A stretch of DNA of 63,504 bases, filler included. It is 7 parts of 7 records of this genome, joined end to end, with 100 filler letters (N's around TTAATTAATTAA, not from the genome) between each part and the next. Parts side by side here need not be neighbours in the genome. Positions count along the whole stretch, not along the records: positions 1 to 12,962 come from SRR31147125_56400; positions 13,063 to 28,537 come from SRR31147125_56426; 5 more parts are not named here. One strand, 5' to 3'. A model generated the notes under the pieces. That model made no database searches and was not told the origin of the DNA. It was given only the letters and a program-made list of their open reading frames with translations. This document shows positions 8,996 to 19,091 of this stretch, one piece after another. The position numbers and the translations under genes were made by a program. Numbering within the stretch: position 1 is the stretch's first letter; each line of letters starts with the position of its first letter.

Positions 8996-10312
8996 CTATA
9001 AAGACCAGTAACGCAACCCAGCAGTCTCAACTTCCTCGCGCTTCATCACACTCTTAACATCAACAATGACACCACTGTTCAGACCGTTACTACACAGTTC
9101 TGCAAACGTGTCGATCGTCAAATGTGAGAATTCTTTATGTGAGACAGCATGGATGATCGCGTCAACAGTCCCAACATGATCAAACTCCGTCAGCTGCAAT
9201 CCGTACTCATGCATCGTTTCATCGGCATCTGCCAGAGGATCGTGAATCAAAACCTCAACACCGTAATCTTCCAACTCAGAGACGATGTCGACCACTTTTG
9301 TGTTACGGATATCGGGAACATCCTCTTTAAAGGTTAACCCCAGAATAAGAACACGTGATTTTTTGATGACTTTTCCAGACCTGATCATTTGCTTGACGGT
9401 GTTTTCGGCAACATATTTCCCCATACCGTCATTGATGCGACGTCCGGCGAGAATAACCTGGGGAAGGTAACCGATCTGTTCCGCTTTATGGGTCAGATAA
9501 TAGGGATCAACGCCGATACAGTGTCCCCCAACCAGACCTGGGGTAAATTTGAGGAAATTCCATTTGGTTCCGGCAGCAGCGAGGACATCCTGAGTCGGGA
9601 TATCAAGCTTGTTGAAAATCAGAGCGAGTTCGTTAATCAGGGCAATATTGAGATCTCTCTGCGTGTTTTCTATAACCTTGGCCGCTTCAGCAACTTTGAT
9701 ACTGGACGCCCGGTGAACGCCAGCCGTGACAACCAGCTCATAGACCGCTGAGACCGTCTCGAGAGTTTCAGCGTCCATGCCCGAAACGACTTTGACAATT
9801 TTGTCGACAGTATGAACCTTATCTCCCGGATTAATTCTCTCAGGAGAGTATCCTACTTTGAAATCAACACCGCATGTCAGACCTGACTCGCGCTCAAGAA
9901 TTGGAACACAAATATCTTCTGTCACCCCAGGATAAACAGTCGACTCATAAACGACAATACTCCCCTTTTTCAGGTTCTGGCCGATTGTGACGGACGCTTT
10001 CTCCATCGGTGTCAGGTCCGGATTATTGTTTTCATCAATCGGCGTTGGCACCGTGACAATCAAAAAGTCCGTTTCTTTCAAAGAGGATGGGTCTGTAGAA
10101 TAATTAATTTGCGTCGTTTTGAGCTCTTCGGATGTCAGTTCTCCCGTCGCATCAAATCCATTTTTCAACTCATCTATTTTCGCCGCATGAATATCAAATC
10201 CAACAACGTTAACTTGACGACCAAATGCCGCCGCTAGCGGTAAACCAACATAACCTAAACCGACAACACCAATGGTTGCTTGCATATTTATGATCTGATC
10301 AACTGTTACCAA
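8996..10312 (-). CDS. UDP-N-acetyl-hexosamine 6-dehydrogenase (TviB/WbpO-like)
   Basis: GLGYVGLP, ESTVYPG, SPERINPG, KVIENTQRD, GGHCIGVDP. Confidence 0.93.
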   Translation of the reverse strand: MVTVDQIINMQATIGVVGLGYVGLPLAAAFGRQVNVVGFDIHAAKIDELKNGFDATGELTSEELKTTQINYSTDPSSLKETDFLIVTVPTPIDENNNPDLTPMEKASVTIGQNLKKGSIVVYESTVYPGVTEDICVPILERESGLTCGVDFKVGYSPERINPGDKVHTVDKIVKVVSGMDAETLETVSAVYELVVTAGVHRASSIKVAEAAKVIENTQRDLNIALINELALIFNKLDIPTQDVLAAAGTKWNFLKFTPGLVGGHCIGVDPYYLTHKAEQIGYLPQVILAGRRINDGMGKYVAENTVKQMIRSGKVIKKSRVLILGLTFKEDVPDIRNTKVVDIVSELEDYGVEVLIHDPLADADETMHEYGLQLTEFDHVGTVDAIIHAVSHKEFSHLTIDTFAELCSNGLNSGVIVDVKSVMKREEVETAGLRYWSL

Positions 10313-10386
10313 AAGACTCTCCTATCAAAAGCTTTAAATTTTATTAATTTTAATTCAGCAAAGACAATTTACAAGTTTTTTAATAA

Positions 10387-11480
10387 TTATTTTTCAACAA
10401 GAACGGCTTGACGTAAGCGATCAATCTGAGCTGAAATTTTTTTCAATTGGTCCTCAAAACGGCCAAATTCATTTTGTTGCTGATTAATCAAATATTCAAG
10501 AATACTACCCTGACTTGACAAGCGTTCTAGAATCGCTTCTTTTTCAGAGCGGCTGGCGTTAAGTTTGGCGTAATTTTCCTCAATTCGAGCTAAGCGATCA
10601 TCGAGAGTCGGAGTACTTGAAATGCGTGGTGGAACCGTACCATGCGATTGGACAGGTGCGTCCTGAATGCGGGGGTCATCAAAAGACAATTCGTTCACGG
10701 CATCTTTGACGAGTTCGATATCAATTTCTTTCGATTCTTCAACAAATGCAGACAGCAACAGAAAATCGCAGATCAGATTGATCAGTCGAGGGATACCGCC
10801 ACTGAACTTATAGATCATGTCAAAAACACCTTCGAGAAAGGTGACACAATCACGGTTACCAACAGTTCCCAAGCGATGAAAAATATATTCTTCGAGCTCT
10901 TCACGATTCAAGGGATTTAAATGGCAACTGATATTGATGCGTTGTCTCAATTGTCTCAGAGACGGTTGAGCAATCATCTGTTTCAACTCAGGCTGGCCAA
11001 CAAGAATAATCTGCACAAGTTTAAAGTTATCCGCTTCCAGATTGGACAGAAGACGAATTTCCTCTAATGCTTCGGTCGAAAGATTTTGCGCCTCATCGAT
11101 AATGATGATCGGCTGCCGACCCGCCCCGTTCTCTGACAGCAAAAAATCATTCAGGTCAGTCAGCAGTTGGACTTTGTCTTTCCCTTCCGTCGTTAAACCG
11201 AAATCCTCATTAATCATGGCAACAAGTTGATGACCATCAACTCGCGTATTAAAGACCATCGCCAATGTCGTGTCTGAACTGATCTTGTTGATGATGTCCC
11301 GCAATAGAGTAGTTTTCCCCGAACCAACCTCACCGGTTAATAGCGTAAAACCGGCATGTTCCTGAACACCATACTGAAGGTAACTTAAGGCCTTCCTGTG
11401 CCCTTTACTCAAATAAAGAAACTGAGGGTTCGGCAATAAATCAAATGGCTTAGCGCTAAGCCCAAAAAGTCTGTGTACAT
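10387..11480 (-). CDS. XrtA/PEP-CTERM system-associated ExeA-type ATPase; frameshift just after the start
   Basis: GEVGSGKT Walker A, IIIDEAQ Walker B, LRQLRQRI; ATG at 11480 gives MYTDFFGLSAKPF if one T is restored. Confidence 0.88.
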
Positions 11481-11482
11481 TT

Positions 11483-12718
11483 TTAGAACCTGAGAGACGC
11501 ACCAAGCGTCACGATGTTATTGGTGTAATCATTCCCACTGACATCTGACTCATTGATTCGGTAGCGATAACCAAGAGAGGCAGTCAAACGACGATACACA
11601 TATGCAAAGGACACACCTGTGGTTACACGATCCACATCTTCGTTTCCAACGGCATCATCGTATTCAGCATGTTCAAACTCAGCATCGACAGCCAGCGTGA
11701 GATTGCCCGCTAAAGGTTTACTGAAGTCACAACGGATACCAACACCTTCATCCTCACGATCTTCGCGTACGTAATCAGAGTTGTTCCAGAAAAGCCCAAC
11801 CGATGCAACTGTCGACTCTTTCTGATAATTCAGCCCAAACAGCAATTCACGTGTTTTTGTTAAACCATCCTCGACGGACAAAGTGAAATCCTGACTGTAC
11901 AGTGCTGTTGCGTTCAAAGCCTCGCTGAGGCGATAACCGACTTCTGCCAGCCAGTTAGTGTTATCTGTTTCTTCCCCTGAATCATATTCGACATCAGAGT
12001 ATCCCCCTTCAAGGCTCAAACGTGTGCGTGCACCGAGGCGGGTGTTCAAGCCCAGGGTATAATCGATACGATCAAACTCGTCATCATCATCAGAGACCAA
12101 CGTTGAATACTCAGCACGCGCGAAAACATCACTGTTCTCAGAAAGCGTTTTAACCAGAGAAACACGCCCACGATGCTCTTCCGAGTCATTGCCAGCCGGT
12201 TCGGCGTAGTCAAACCGATCGTAATCATATCCAAAAACCAGTGCCAGGGTTGATGTCACTCGGAGGTCATACTCAGGCGTCACGACAAGATGGTATGCGG
12301 TGGTTCGGTCCGTGTCAGAAAACTCATTATCGTCGCGCGTATCAAGAGCCTCTCGTGAAATTGTCTCAGATACACGTAATGTAAAGGGGCGACCAGAAAA
12401 AAAGAGGACTGACGCGTCTGCCTGCTGCACGTCTTCAAACTCATCCAGATTGTCTTCATCATTCTCTTTATAGAAACGATAGCGCAATGAGTAGTCAGCA
12501 ACAGCTTCGACGGAACGACTGTCGTATGTCACTGAGATTCCAGGCTGAACGGTTGTAATCCAATCCTCTTCTTCATCGTTTTCAGACAGATTGATGTTGT
12601 CGTTATATTCTTCTTCCACGCTTAGATAAGGGTGGATTTCAAAGGCTGACCAGGCTGACAAAGGACACAAGAAAACTGCCAGAAAACCACTGAGAACTAT
12701 AAACTTAAATCGCATCAT
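11483..12718 (-). CDS. PEP-CTERM/EPS-associated outer-membrane beta-barrel protein
   Basis: Signal peptide, EEEYNDNI motif, alternating beta-strand pattern, C-terminal Phe (LGASLRF); lies between kinase and ATPase. Confidence 0.8.
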   Translation of the reverse strand: MMRFKFIVLSGFLAVFLCPLSAWSAFEIHPYLSVEEEYNDNINLSENDEEEDWITTVQPGISVTYDSRSVEAVADYSLRYRFYKENDEDNLDEFEDVQQADASVLFFSGRPFTLRVSETISREALDTRDDNEFSDTDRTTAYHLVVTPEYDLRVTSTLALVFGYDYDRFDYAEPAGNDSEEHRGRVSLVKTLSENSDVFARAEYSTLVSDDDDEFDRIDYTLGLNTRLGARTRLSLEGGYSDVEYDSGEETDNTNWLAEVGYRLSEALNATALYSQDFTLSVEDGLTKTRELLFGLNYQKESTVASVGLFWNNSDYVREDREDEGVGIRCDFSKPLAGNLTLAVDAEFEHAEYDDAVGNEDVDRVTTGVSFAYVYRRLTASLGYRYRINESDVSGNDYTNNIVTLGASLRF

Positions 12719-12765
12719 AATATCACCCAACTTGTTATCGTTAACCATTATAGAAAAAGCGATCA

Positions 12766-12962
12766 TTAATAATAGTAATCTTCCTTCTGGTTCATAAACA
12801 TCGTGGCATCGTTATAAACAACACCCAACAGGTTATGCTCCTTAAACTCTTCCAGAGTTTTTATGAGATCATCTTTTTTCGCGCGCCCTTCTCTAACGAC
12901 AAAAAGGCATGCATCAACGATTGTTGATAAAACAATGGCATCTGCAAAAGGTAGAGCTGGGG
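12766..12962 (-). CDS. Polysaccharide tyrosine autokinase (BY-kinase), C-terminal fragment
   Basis: Manual translation PALPFADAIVLSTIVDACLFVVREG...LLGVVYN...EDYYY-stop; terminal Tyr cluster. Confidence 0.8.
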
Positions 12963-13062
12963 NNNNNNNNNNNNNNNNNNNNNNNNNNNNNNNNNNNNNN
13001 NNNNNNTTAATTAATTAANNNNNNNNNNNNNNNNNNNNNNNNNNNNNNNNNNNNNNNNNNNN
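12963..13062. other. Artificial contig linker (N44-TTAATTAATTAA-N44); identical linkers at 28538-28637, 35712-35811, 44503-44602, 51425-51524, 57557-57656
   Basis: N runs around a 12-mer giving stops in all six frames; genes are truncated at the edges, and base composition and gene content change abruptly. Confidence 0.98.
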
Positions 13063-13068
13063 AAAAAT

Positions 13069-14277
13069 ATGTTCAAAAATTCATTTTTTATATGTTTTGT
13101 TTTTATTTGTTTGGCAACCGTTTTTGCACAATCAGAAACCATTATAATCGATTCTGATTTTCCCGGAGGAAATATAAAAGTAAATAATGTGTCAGGAGAT
13201 ACGATCTATCTTGTTCCGGATTTGAGAGATACAAAAGGGGAGTGGTTTTACTGGTGTTTTCGGGTAAAGAAGGCGCAGAACAGAACTATATATTTCCAAT
13301 TCGAGCAAAAAAATGTGTTCACCTTTTTCGGTCCTGCAGTCAGTAAAGATAATGGTTTAACCTGGACCTGGATGGGGGAGAATGCCGTCATAGATAATAA
13401 ATTTTCATTTTCCTTTTCGCCTGATGACTCGTGCGTCAGCTTTAGTATGGCCATGCCTTATACGCAAGAAAACCTGAAAAGATTTCTGGAAAAACTACTT
13501 GCAAATGATTATCTCAAACAAGAGCGGCTTTGTACAACCCGAAAAGGGCGAAATGTAGAAAAACTGGTTATCCGTCATCCTCACAAGAAACCGACGTATA
13601 AGGTTCTGCTTACAGCGCGGCATCATGCCTGTGAAATGATGGTCAATTATGTTCTCGAGGGACTTGTTGAGTCGCTGTTATTTGAAAAAGACCTGGAGTG
13701 GCTGAGAAATCATGTGGAGTTTTGGATTATCCCGTTCATGGACAAAGACGGCGTTGAAGATGGCGATCAGGGGAAAAACCGAATACCTCATGATCATAAC
13801 CGGGATTACAGTGGGGAAAGTATTTATGCCTCAACAGCAACCTTGCGTAAGAAAATCCCTGATTGGTCAGAAAATAAGCTTAAAATAGCCATGGATCTCC
13901 ATTGTCCATGGATTAAAGGCAACTATAATGAGGTCATTTACTTTGTTGGCATCAAGGATTCGGTGAATGCCAGGGAGCAACAAAGGTTCTGTTCCCTTTT
14001 GGAGAAAACAAACCAAAGTCAGTTAACATTTAAGGCAAGTGATTTTTTACCATACGGTACGGCCTGGAACACCGGTAAAAATTATAAACAGGGAACATCC
14101 TTCACAGGCTGGGCGGTAACATTAGATGGAATTTCTCTGGCCACAAGTCTGGAATTTCCTTATGCTAATATATATGGTGAAAAAGTGACAAAAAAGGAAG
14201 CGGAGAATTTCGGGACATCGTTAGCATACTCCATCAATGCTTACCTTGCAGATAACTTTGAATTGAAAAGACAATGA
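13069..14277 (+). CDS. Secreted M14 zinc carboxypeptidase
   Basis: Signal peptide; DFPGGN and WFYW N-domain; ARHHACE (HxxE), NRDY, DLHCP. Confidence 0.85.
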   Translation: MFKNSFFICFVFICLATVFAQSETIIIDSDFPGGNIKVNNVSGDTIYLVPDLRDTKGEWFYWCFRVKKAQNRTIYFQFEQKNVFTFFGPAVSKDNGLTWTWMGENAVIDNKFSFSFSPDDSCVSFSMAMPYTQENLKRFLEKLLANDYLKQERLCTTRKGRNVEKLVIRHPHKKPTYKVLLTARHHACEMMVNYVLEGLVESLLFEKDLEWLRNHVEFWIIPFMDKDGVEDGDQGKNRIPHDHNRDYSGESIYASTATLRKKIPDWSENKLKIAMDLHCPWIKGNYNEVIYFVGIKDSVNAREQQRFCSLLEKTNQSQLTFKASDFLPYGTAWNTGKNYKQGTSFTGWAVTLDGISLATSLEFPYANIYGEKVTKKEAENFGTSLAYSINAYLADNFELKRQ

Positions 14278-14379
14278 AGCCTTTTAAATATCGGACTCAC
14301 TGAACTATAAGTGCCATACATACAAATTAGCTTGTTTTTTACTAAATAACAGAACCTGAATCATTCAGGAGGTGAACTC

Positions 14380-14589
14380 GTGCACAAATCAAGAGTAAAG
14401 AGATGGTTTTTTTTAATTATGGCTATTGTCTCTGTTGGTTTTTCTATATATTATCTCAATCTTGTTTTGTTTGGCGAATCGACTACTGGAAGATTTTTCG
14501 TATTAGCATGTTGGATTATTAATGCTTTCAACTGGTCTCTAATGTTTATAAAATTTTTTAAATCCCCTGATGAAACCAGGGGATCATGA
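14380..14589 (+). CDS. Small two-helix membrane protein
   Basis: GGAGGTG RBS before GTG; two hydrophobic segments. Confidence 0.65.
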   Translation: MHKSRVKRWFFLIMAIVSVGFSIYYLNLVLFGESTTGRFFVLACWIINAFNWSLMFIKFFKSPDETRGS

Positions 14590-14650
14590 ATTAGTTTGAT
14601 ATGTTGTTTTGCATATTTCAGATTATTGATACCATGGAAAGGAAATCCAC

Positions 14651-15879
14651 ATGATATTGAAAACGGGAAAATGGCTTTTATTATGTTTTATATTTTTGAT
14701 ATTAACCAGTTGTACAAAGGACGGAGGAAAAAAGATAATTCTCCGGGCTATGAAATAGCCTGCTATTACTTTCCAAATTACCATCCAAATGATCCGCGAA
14801 ATCAGGCCTTAAAGGGAGAAGGCTGGAGTGAGTGGGAACTGGTGAAAAACGCCAGACCTCGATTTCCCGGTCATCAGCAGCCTCGTGTGCCTTTATGGGG
14901 CTATACAGATGAATCAGATCCGAATGAGATGGCCCGTAAAATCAAGACAGCGGCAGATTATGGTATCGATGCTTTTATTTTCGACTGGTATTATTACGAT
15001 GATGGTCTTTTTTTGCAGAACGCTATTGAAAAGGGCTTTTTCAATGCTTCCAACAATAACAGGATAAAATTTGCTCTCATGTGGGCGAACCATGACTGGA
15101 TTGATATTCAGCCTGTTACATATGAGGACAGAAAAAAAGGACCACGACTTTTGTATCCCGGTAAAATTTCTCTGAAAACCTGGGGGCAGATGACAGATTA
15201 CATTATCGAAACCTACTTTAAACATCCGTCCTACTGGAAAATAAATAATGCTCCCTATTTTTCCATCTATGATTTGAGCCGTTTTTTATCTATATTTGAC
15301 AGTGTCGAAGGTGCTAAACAAGGCATGTTAACATTTCGGGATAAAGTGAAAGCCGCCGGATTTGCTGATCTTCATCTGAATGCGGTCGTCTGGGGTAGAA
15401 CCATTCTCCCGTCAGAGGACCCGGTTGAAAATATTCACGACCTTGTGCAGGACCTTGGATTTGATTCTTTTACCTCCTATGTATGGATCCATCATGTTGG
15501 TCTATCCCAATTTCCACAAACACCTTATGATTATGTAATGGATAAATATTTTGAATACGCGGAAGAGGTGACAAACGAGGCAGAGATGCCCTATTTTCCT
15601 AATGTGACTATGGGATGGGATTCGAGCCCCCGTGCTTTTCAGGATGATCCTTTCGAAAATATTGGTTATCCGTTTATGGCCAGCATGAGTCAAAATACGC
15701 CGGATGCATTCAAGGGCGCATTAATCCAGATGAAAGAGTTTTTAGATAAACATCCTGAAAACAAAAATATCTTTAATATTAATTGTTGGAATGAATGGAC
15801 CGAGGGGAGCTATCTGGAACCGGATACAACCCATGGGCTGGCCTATCTGCAGGCCATCAAAGAAGTTTTTGCAAAATAA
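14651..15879 (+). CDS. GH99-like / WbsX-family glycoside hydrolase lipoprotein; frameshift near 14730
   Basis: YYFPNYHP, WSEWELV, FDWYYY, MWANHDW, GWDSSPR, NCWNEWTEG; ATG 14651 encodes a lipoprotein signal (LTSC) in another frame joined across an A run. Confidence 0.82.
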
Positions 15880-15996
15880 GTTGTTTAAAAACGCAACAAT
15901 AATAGAATAAAGGAAAATAGACAATAAACCGCACTACAACGTCATTGTAATAAATCAGGCTGGATCGGGAAAAGAAATTAACCACTGGAGAAGAGA

Positions 15997-18456
15997 ATGA
16001 AATTTAAAGTCTTTACTTTTCGTGTACTGGTTGTCCTTTTTATATTTTTATCTACAGGCTATGCGCAGATTAAATTAAATACGGATGGCTATTTTGAAGC
16101 GCCGGGATTCCGGTTTTTGGTTTATCAAAACGAGACACTTGGCATGCGCCTTGGGGGACTGGAAATGATCCTGCATGGCAGACGGGTTTTGGATGCAGGA
16201 AATGTTGTGTGCTGGTCGACAGAGGGTGAAAAGTATGGTTATTATACGGATAATGAAAAAATACGCGGTGACCAGATTATTGATAAAGAAACAGGGCATG
16301 TCCGTTTTACAGAAGAAATCAAACCGTTGGCTTTAAAATACAATCTTGTTGTCAATAGTGATGGCAAATCCATAGAAATACGAGTTGATCTTGACAGGCC
16401 TGTCAACTGGCAAAAAGTATCTGATATTGCTCTCAGAATTGAGATATACCCTGAGGATTACGATTATAAAACATATACCGGAGGTGGAATCAGTGATTAC
16501 TTTTATGAGCAGCATATGGGACGACGTGTGCTTATACCGGAAGCCACTGAAATACAAGTTGCTTCAGAGGATCCATTAAAGCATTTAACCTTTGAAGGTG
16601 AAAATGCCATCCTGAGTCTACGCGATGAGCGACGCGATTTTAACATCGGCGGTTATATGCTTTTTGCTTCTCTGAACAAAAAGTCTCGGGATAAATCATT
16701 TTCTCTTAAAATTACGCCAAAAATTGATCCGACCTGGAGAAAGGAACCAGTGCTGCAATTATCTCAGGTAGGATATACTCCTGACCAGAAGAAAATCGCT
16801 GTGCTGGAAATGGATCCAAGAGTGGCGGTGAAAAGTGATGTACAGCTTTATATCCTGGATGAAAATTCCGGATTAAAACTTGTTAAAGAGGGAAAACCAC
16901 AGAAATGGGGTGAGCTATTTTCAAATACGTGTTACACGTATGATTTTTCAGACATTAAAGCAAGCGGACAATATTTTCTAAAGTATGAAAATCAACAGGT
17001 AGGCCCGTTCAAGATATCCCCGGACGTTTTCAGGACAGCCTGGCAAACAACAATGGACATGTATTTTCCGACCCAAATGTGTCATGTCAAAGTACGTGAT
17101 TTTCTGAAAATCTGGCATGGAGCGTGTCATGTTGAAGATGCGTTGCAGGCACCGCCATCACAAATCGGTAAGGACGGTTATCGGCAGGGACCTGAGACAG
17201 AAACACGTTTTCAGGCTAACGAACATATTCCGGGTATAAACTGGGGCGGTTGGCATGATGCTGCTGATTTTGATATACCATCGGGTAGTAATTGTGAAAC
17301 GCTTCGCTGGATGGCCCTGGCACAGGAGGAATTTCAAACCAGCCGGGATGTCACAACCGTTTTACGTGATAAGCGCCTGGTGGAACTTTTTATGCCGGAT
17401 GGAAAAAATGACATGCTACAACAAATCGCTTTTGGTATGGAATGGTTGCTGTCAATGCTGCGGGAAATCGGCCATATACCGGCTGGTGTTATTGCCAATA
17501 ACGGTCCGGACTATGGAGCCAATGGTGATCCGACATCCATCACCGATGGTTTGTTTTTTGATCCAAAACTTGAAAAAAACGAGCGAAAAAACGGCTATTC
17601 CGGTAAATTTGATGACCGCTGGGTTTTTACCAACAGAAATACGGGCGGGCAATATCAGTTTGTGCAAATCGCTTCGCTCTGTTCACGGGTGTTTCGCAAT
17701 AACAACGACAAACTGGCATCAGAGTGTTTACAAGCAGCGGAAAAAGTGTGGACTTGTGAGCAAAGCCATGAGCCAAAGCAGTTTCAAGTGGCTTATCAGC
17801 CGCAAGAGGATAAATATCATTCACTGGAAATTGGTGCGGCAGCTGAGCTGTTTTTGACTACTGCTAAGGAGGAATACCGGCAAAAATTGGTGAATTATAT
17901 TCCGACTATTCAGGACATGCCAGTGAGTACTTTTAAACGGATAGGCTTTATTCTGGTGCGTGCTCACGAAAAAGTGAAAGATGTGGCCTTTTCAAATACT
18001 ATATTTGAGAAGGCAAAGGTTGTGAAAGAGCAGTTGAAAACCGAGTTGGAAAAAACGCCTTATAATGTCGAATTGGTTTTGGGTTGGGGCAGTAACTGGG
18101 AAATGCTCACATCGACGGCAAAGCTTTATTATTTTATTAAAGAGTACCCGGAACTGTTTGATCCGGAGATATTGTATTCGACTGTTCATTTTGTCCTGGG
18201 TTTTCATCCTGCGTCAAACCATTCGTTTGTATCCGGCATTGGGGCAAAATCCGCCACGGTTGTGTACGGATTTAACAGGTGGGATAAGAGTTATCAACCC
18301 GGGGGTGTTATATCCGGTGTATCATTAATAAAACCGGATATGGTCGAATACCGTGGGCGTGCCTGGGACTATTACCAGACAGAACATGTGATCGCAGGAA
18401 GTGCCGCTTATGTGTTTGATGTTCTTGCCGCTGATTTTTTGTTAAATAATAAATGA
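15997..18456 (+). CDS. Glycoside hydrolase family 9 protein with Ig-like domain
   Basis: Signal peptide; SQVGYTP Ig-like motif; GGWHDAAD; LGFHP...SFVSGIG; terminal QTEHVI. Confidence 0.8.
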   Translation: MKFKVFTFRVLVVLFIFLSTGYAQIKLNTDGYFEAPGFRFLVYQNETLGMRLGGLEMILHGRRVLDAGNVVCWSTEGEKYGYYTDNEKIRGDQIIDKETGHVRFTEEIKPLALKYNLVVNSDGKSIEIRVDLDRPVNWQKVSDIALRIEIYPEDYDYKTYTGGGISDYFYEQHMGRRVLIPEATEIQVASEDPLKHLTFEGENAILSLRDERRDFNIGGYMLFASLNKKSRDKSFSLKITPKIDPTWRKEPVLQLSQVGYTPDQKKIAVLEMDPRVAVKSDVQLYILDENSGLKLVKEGKPQKWGELFSNTCYTYDFSDIKASGQYFLKYENQQVGPFKISPDVFRTAWQTTMDMYFPTQMCHVKVRDFLKIWHGACHVEDALQAPPSQIGKDGYRQGPETETRFQANEHIPGINWGGWHDAADFDIPSGSNCETLRWMALAQEEFQTSRDVTTVLRDKRLVELFMPDGKNDMLQQIAFGMEWLLSMLREIGHIPAGVIANNGPDYGANGDPTSITDGLFFDPKLEKNERKNGYSGKFDDRWVFTNRNTGGQYQFVQIASLCSRVFRNNNDKLASECLQAAEKVWTCEQSHEPKQFQVAYQPQEDKYHSLEIGAAAELFLTTAKEEYRQKLVNYIPTIQDMPVSTFKRIGFILVRAHEKVKDVAFSNTIFEKAKVVKEQLKTELEKTPYNVELVLGWGSNWEMLTSTAKLYYFIKEYPELFDPEILYSTVHFVLGFHPASNHSFVSGIGAKSATVVYGFNRWDKSYQPGGVISGVSLIKPDMVEYRGRAWDYYQTEHVIAGSAAYVFDVLAADFLLNNK

Positions 18457-18510
18457 TGTTCAGGTGTAATACCTGGAATTGATGTTATGGAAAATTGATT
18501 CAGTTTATAA

Positions 18511-18545
18511 AAAAATGCCCCGGTACATAAAACCGGGGCATTTTT
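18511..18545. terminator. Bidirectional intrinsic terminator
   Basis: aaaaatgccccggt-acataaa-accggggcattttt between convergent genes. Confidence 0.9.
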
Positions 18546-18569
18546 ATTTAAATTATTTTTAAAAGAGAT

Positions 18570-18974
18570 CTAGTATTTTATTTTTAACTCTATTGTGCCA
18601 GCTTTACCTGTACCGTTTTTTTCAAATCCTTTGGTAATGATTTCTTTCCCTTTTTTATCAAAGGCATTGATATCAAGGTGTAATGTTTGCGCCGGTGCGT
18701 CATATGGTATTGTTTCCTCAATAAACCATTGGTTCTTTTCGCCTTCAACTGGTTTTAGATAGATGTTGGGATAATCGTAAGGATATTCTCTCACGGTCAG
18801 GTAAACCTCTTTGAGATCTTTGTGAGAACCTGTGAATTCAACAGTAGCAGTTACAGTTTTGCCCGATCCAACTGATTCTGGCTCAATCCAGGATTTGACG
18901 AATTTAGGTTGACCAGCAAAGGATAATTGTGTCATAACAAAGAGTGCAACAAGAACAAAGAGTGCTTTTTTCAT
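18570..18974 (-). CDS. Secreted hypothetical protein
   Basis: Signal peptide MKKALFVLVALFVMTQLSFA; GGAGG RBS. Confidence 0.8.
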   Translation of the reverse strand: MKKALFVLVALFVMTQLSFAGQPKFVKSWIEPESVGSGKTVTATVEFTGSHKDLKEVYLTVREYPYDYPNIYLKPVEGEKNQWFIEETIPYDAPAQTLHLDINAFDKKGKEIITKGFEKNGTGKAGTIELKIKY

Positions 18975-19027
18975 TTTACTTCCTCCAGAGTGATTAAAGA
19001 AAAAAAGAATTAACTTTTTGTTGGATT

Positions 19028-19082
19028 AATATACGATGTGAAAAAGCGAAAATCGACCGGATAATAAAAAAAGACGTCCGAA
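19028..19082 (-). promoter_or_regulatory. Candidate AraC-activated promoter with two direct half-sites 21 nt apart
   Basis: cgaccgga (19054-19061) and cgtccgaa (19075-19082); minus-strand TATATT at 19028-19033. Confidence 0.4.
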
Positions 19083-19091
19083 CCGCTAAAT

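Noticed and set aside
13007-13018. TTAATTAATTAA palindrome repeated six times, and any gene linkage across it
   Set aside because: Artificial all-frame stop linker inside N runs; neighbourhoods across linkers are meaningless
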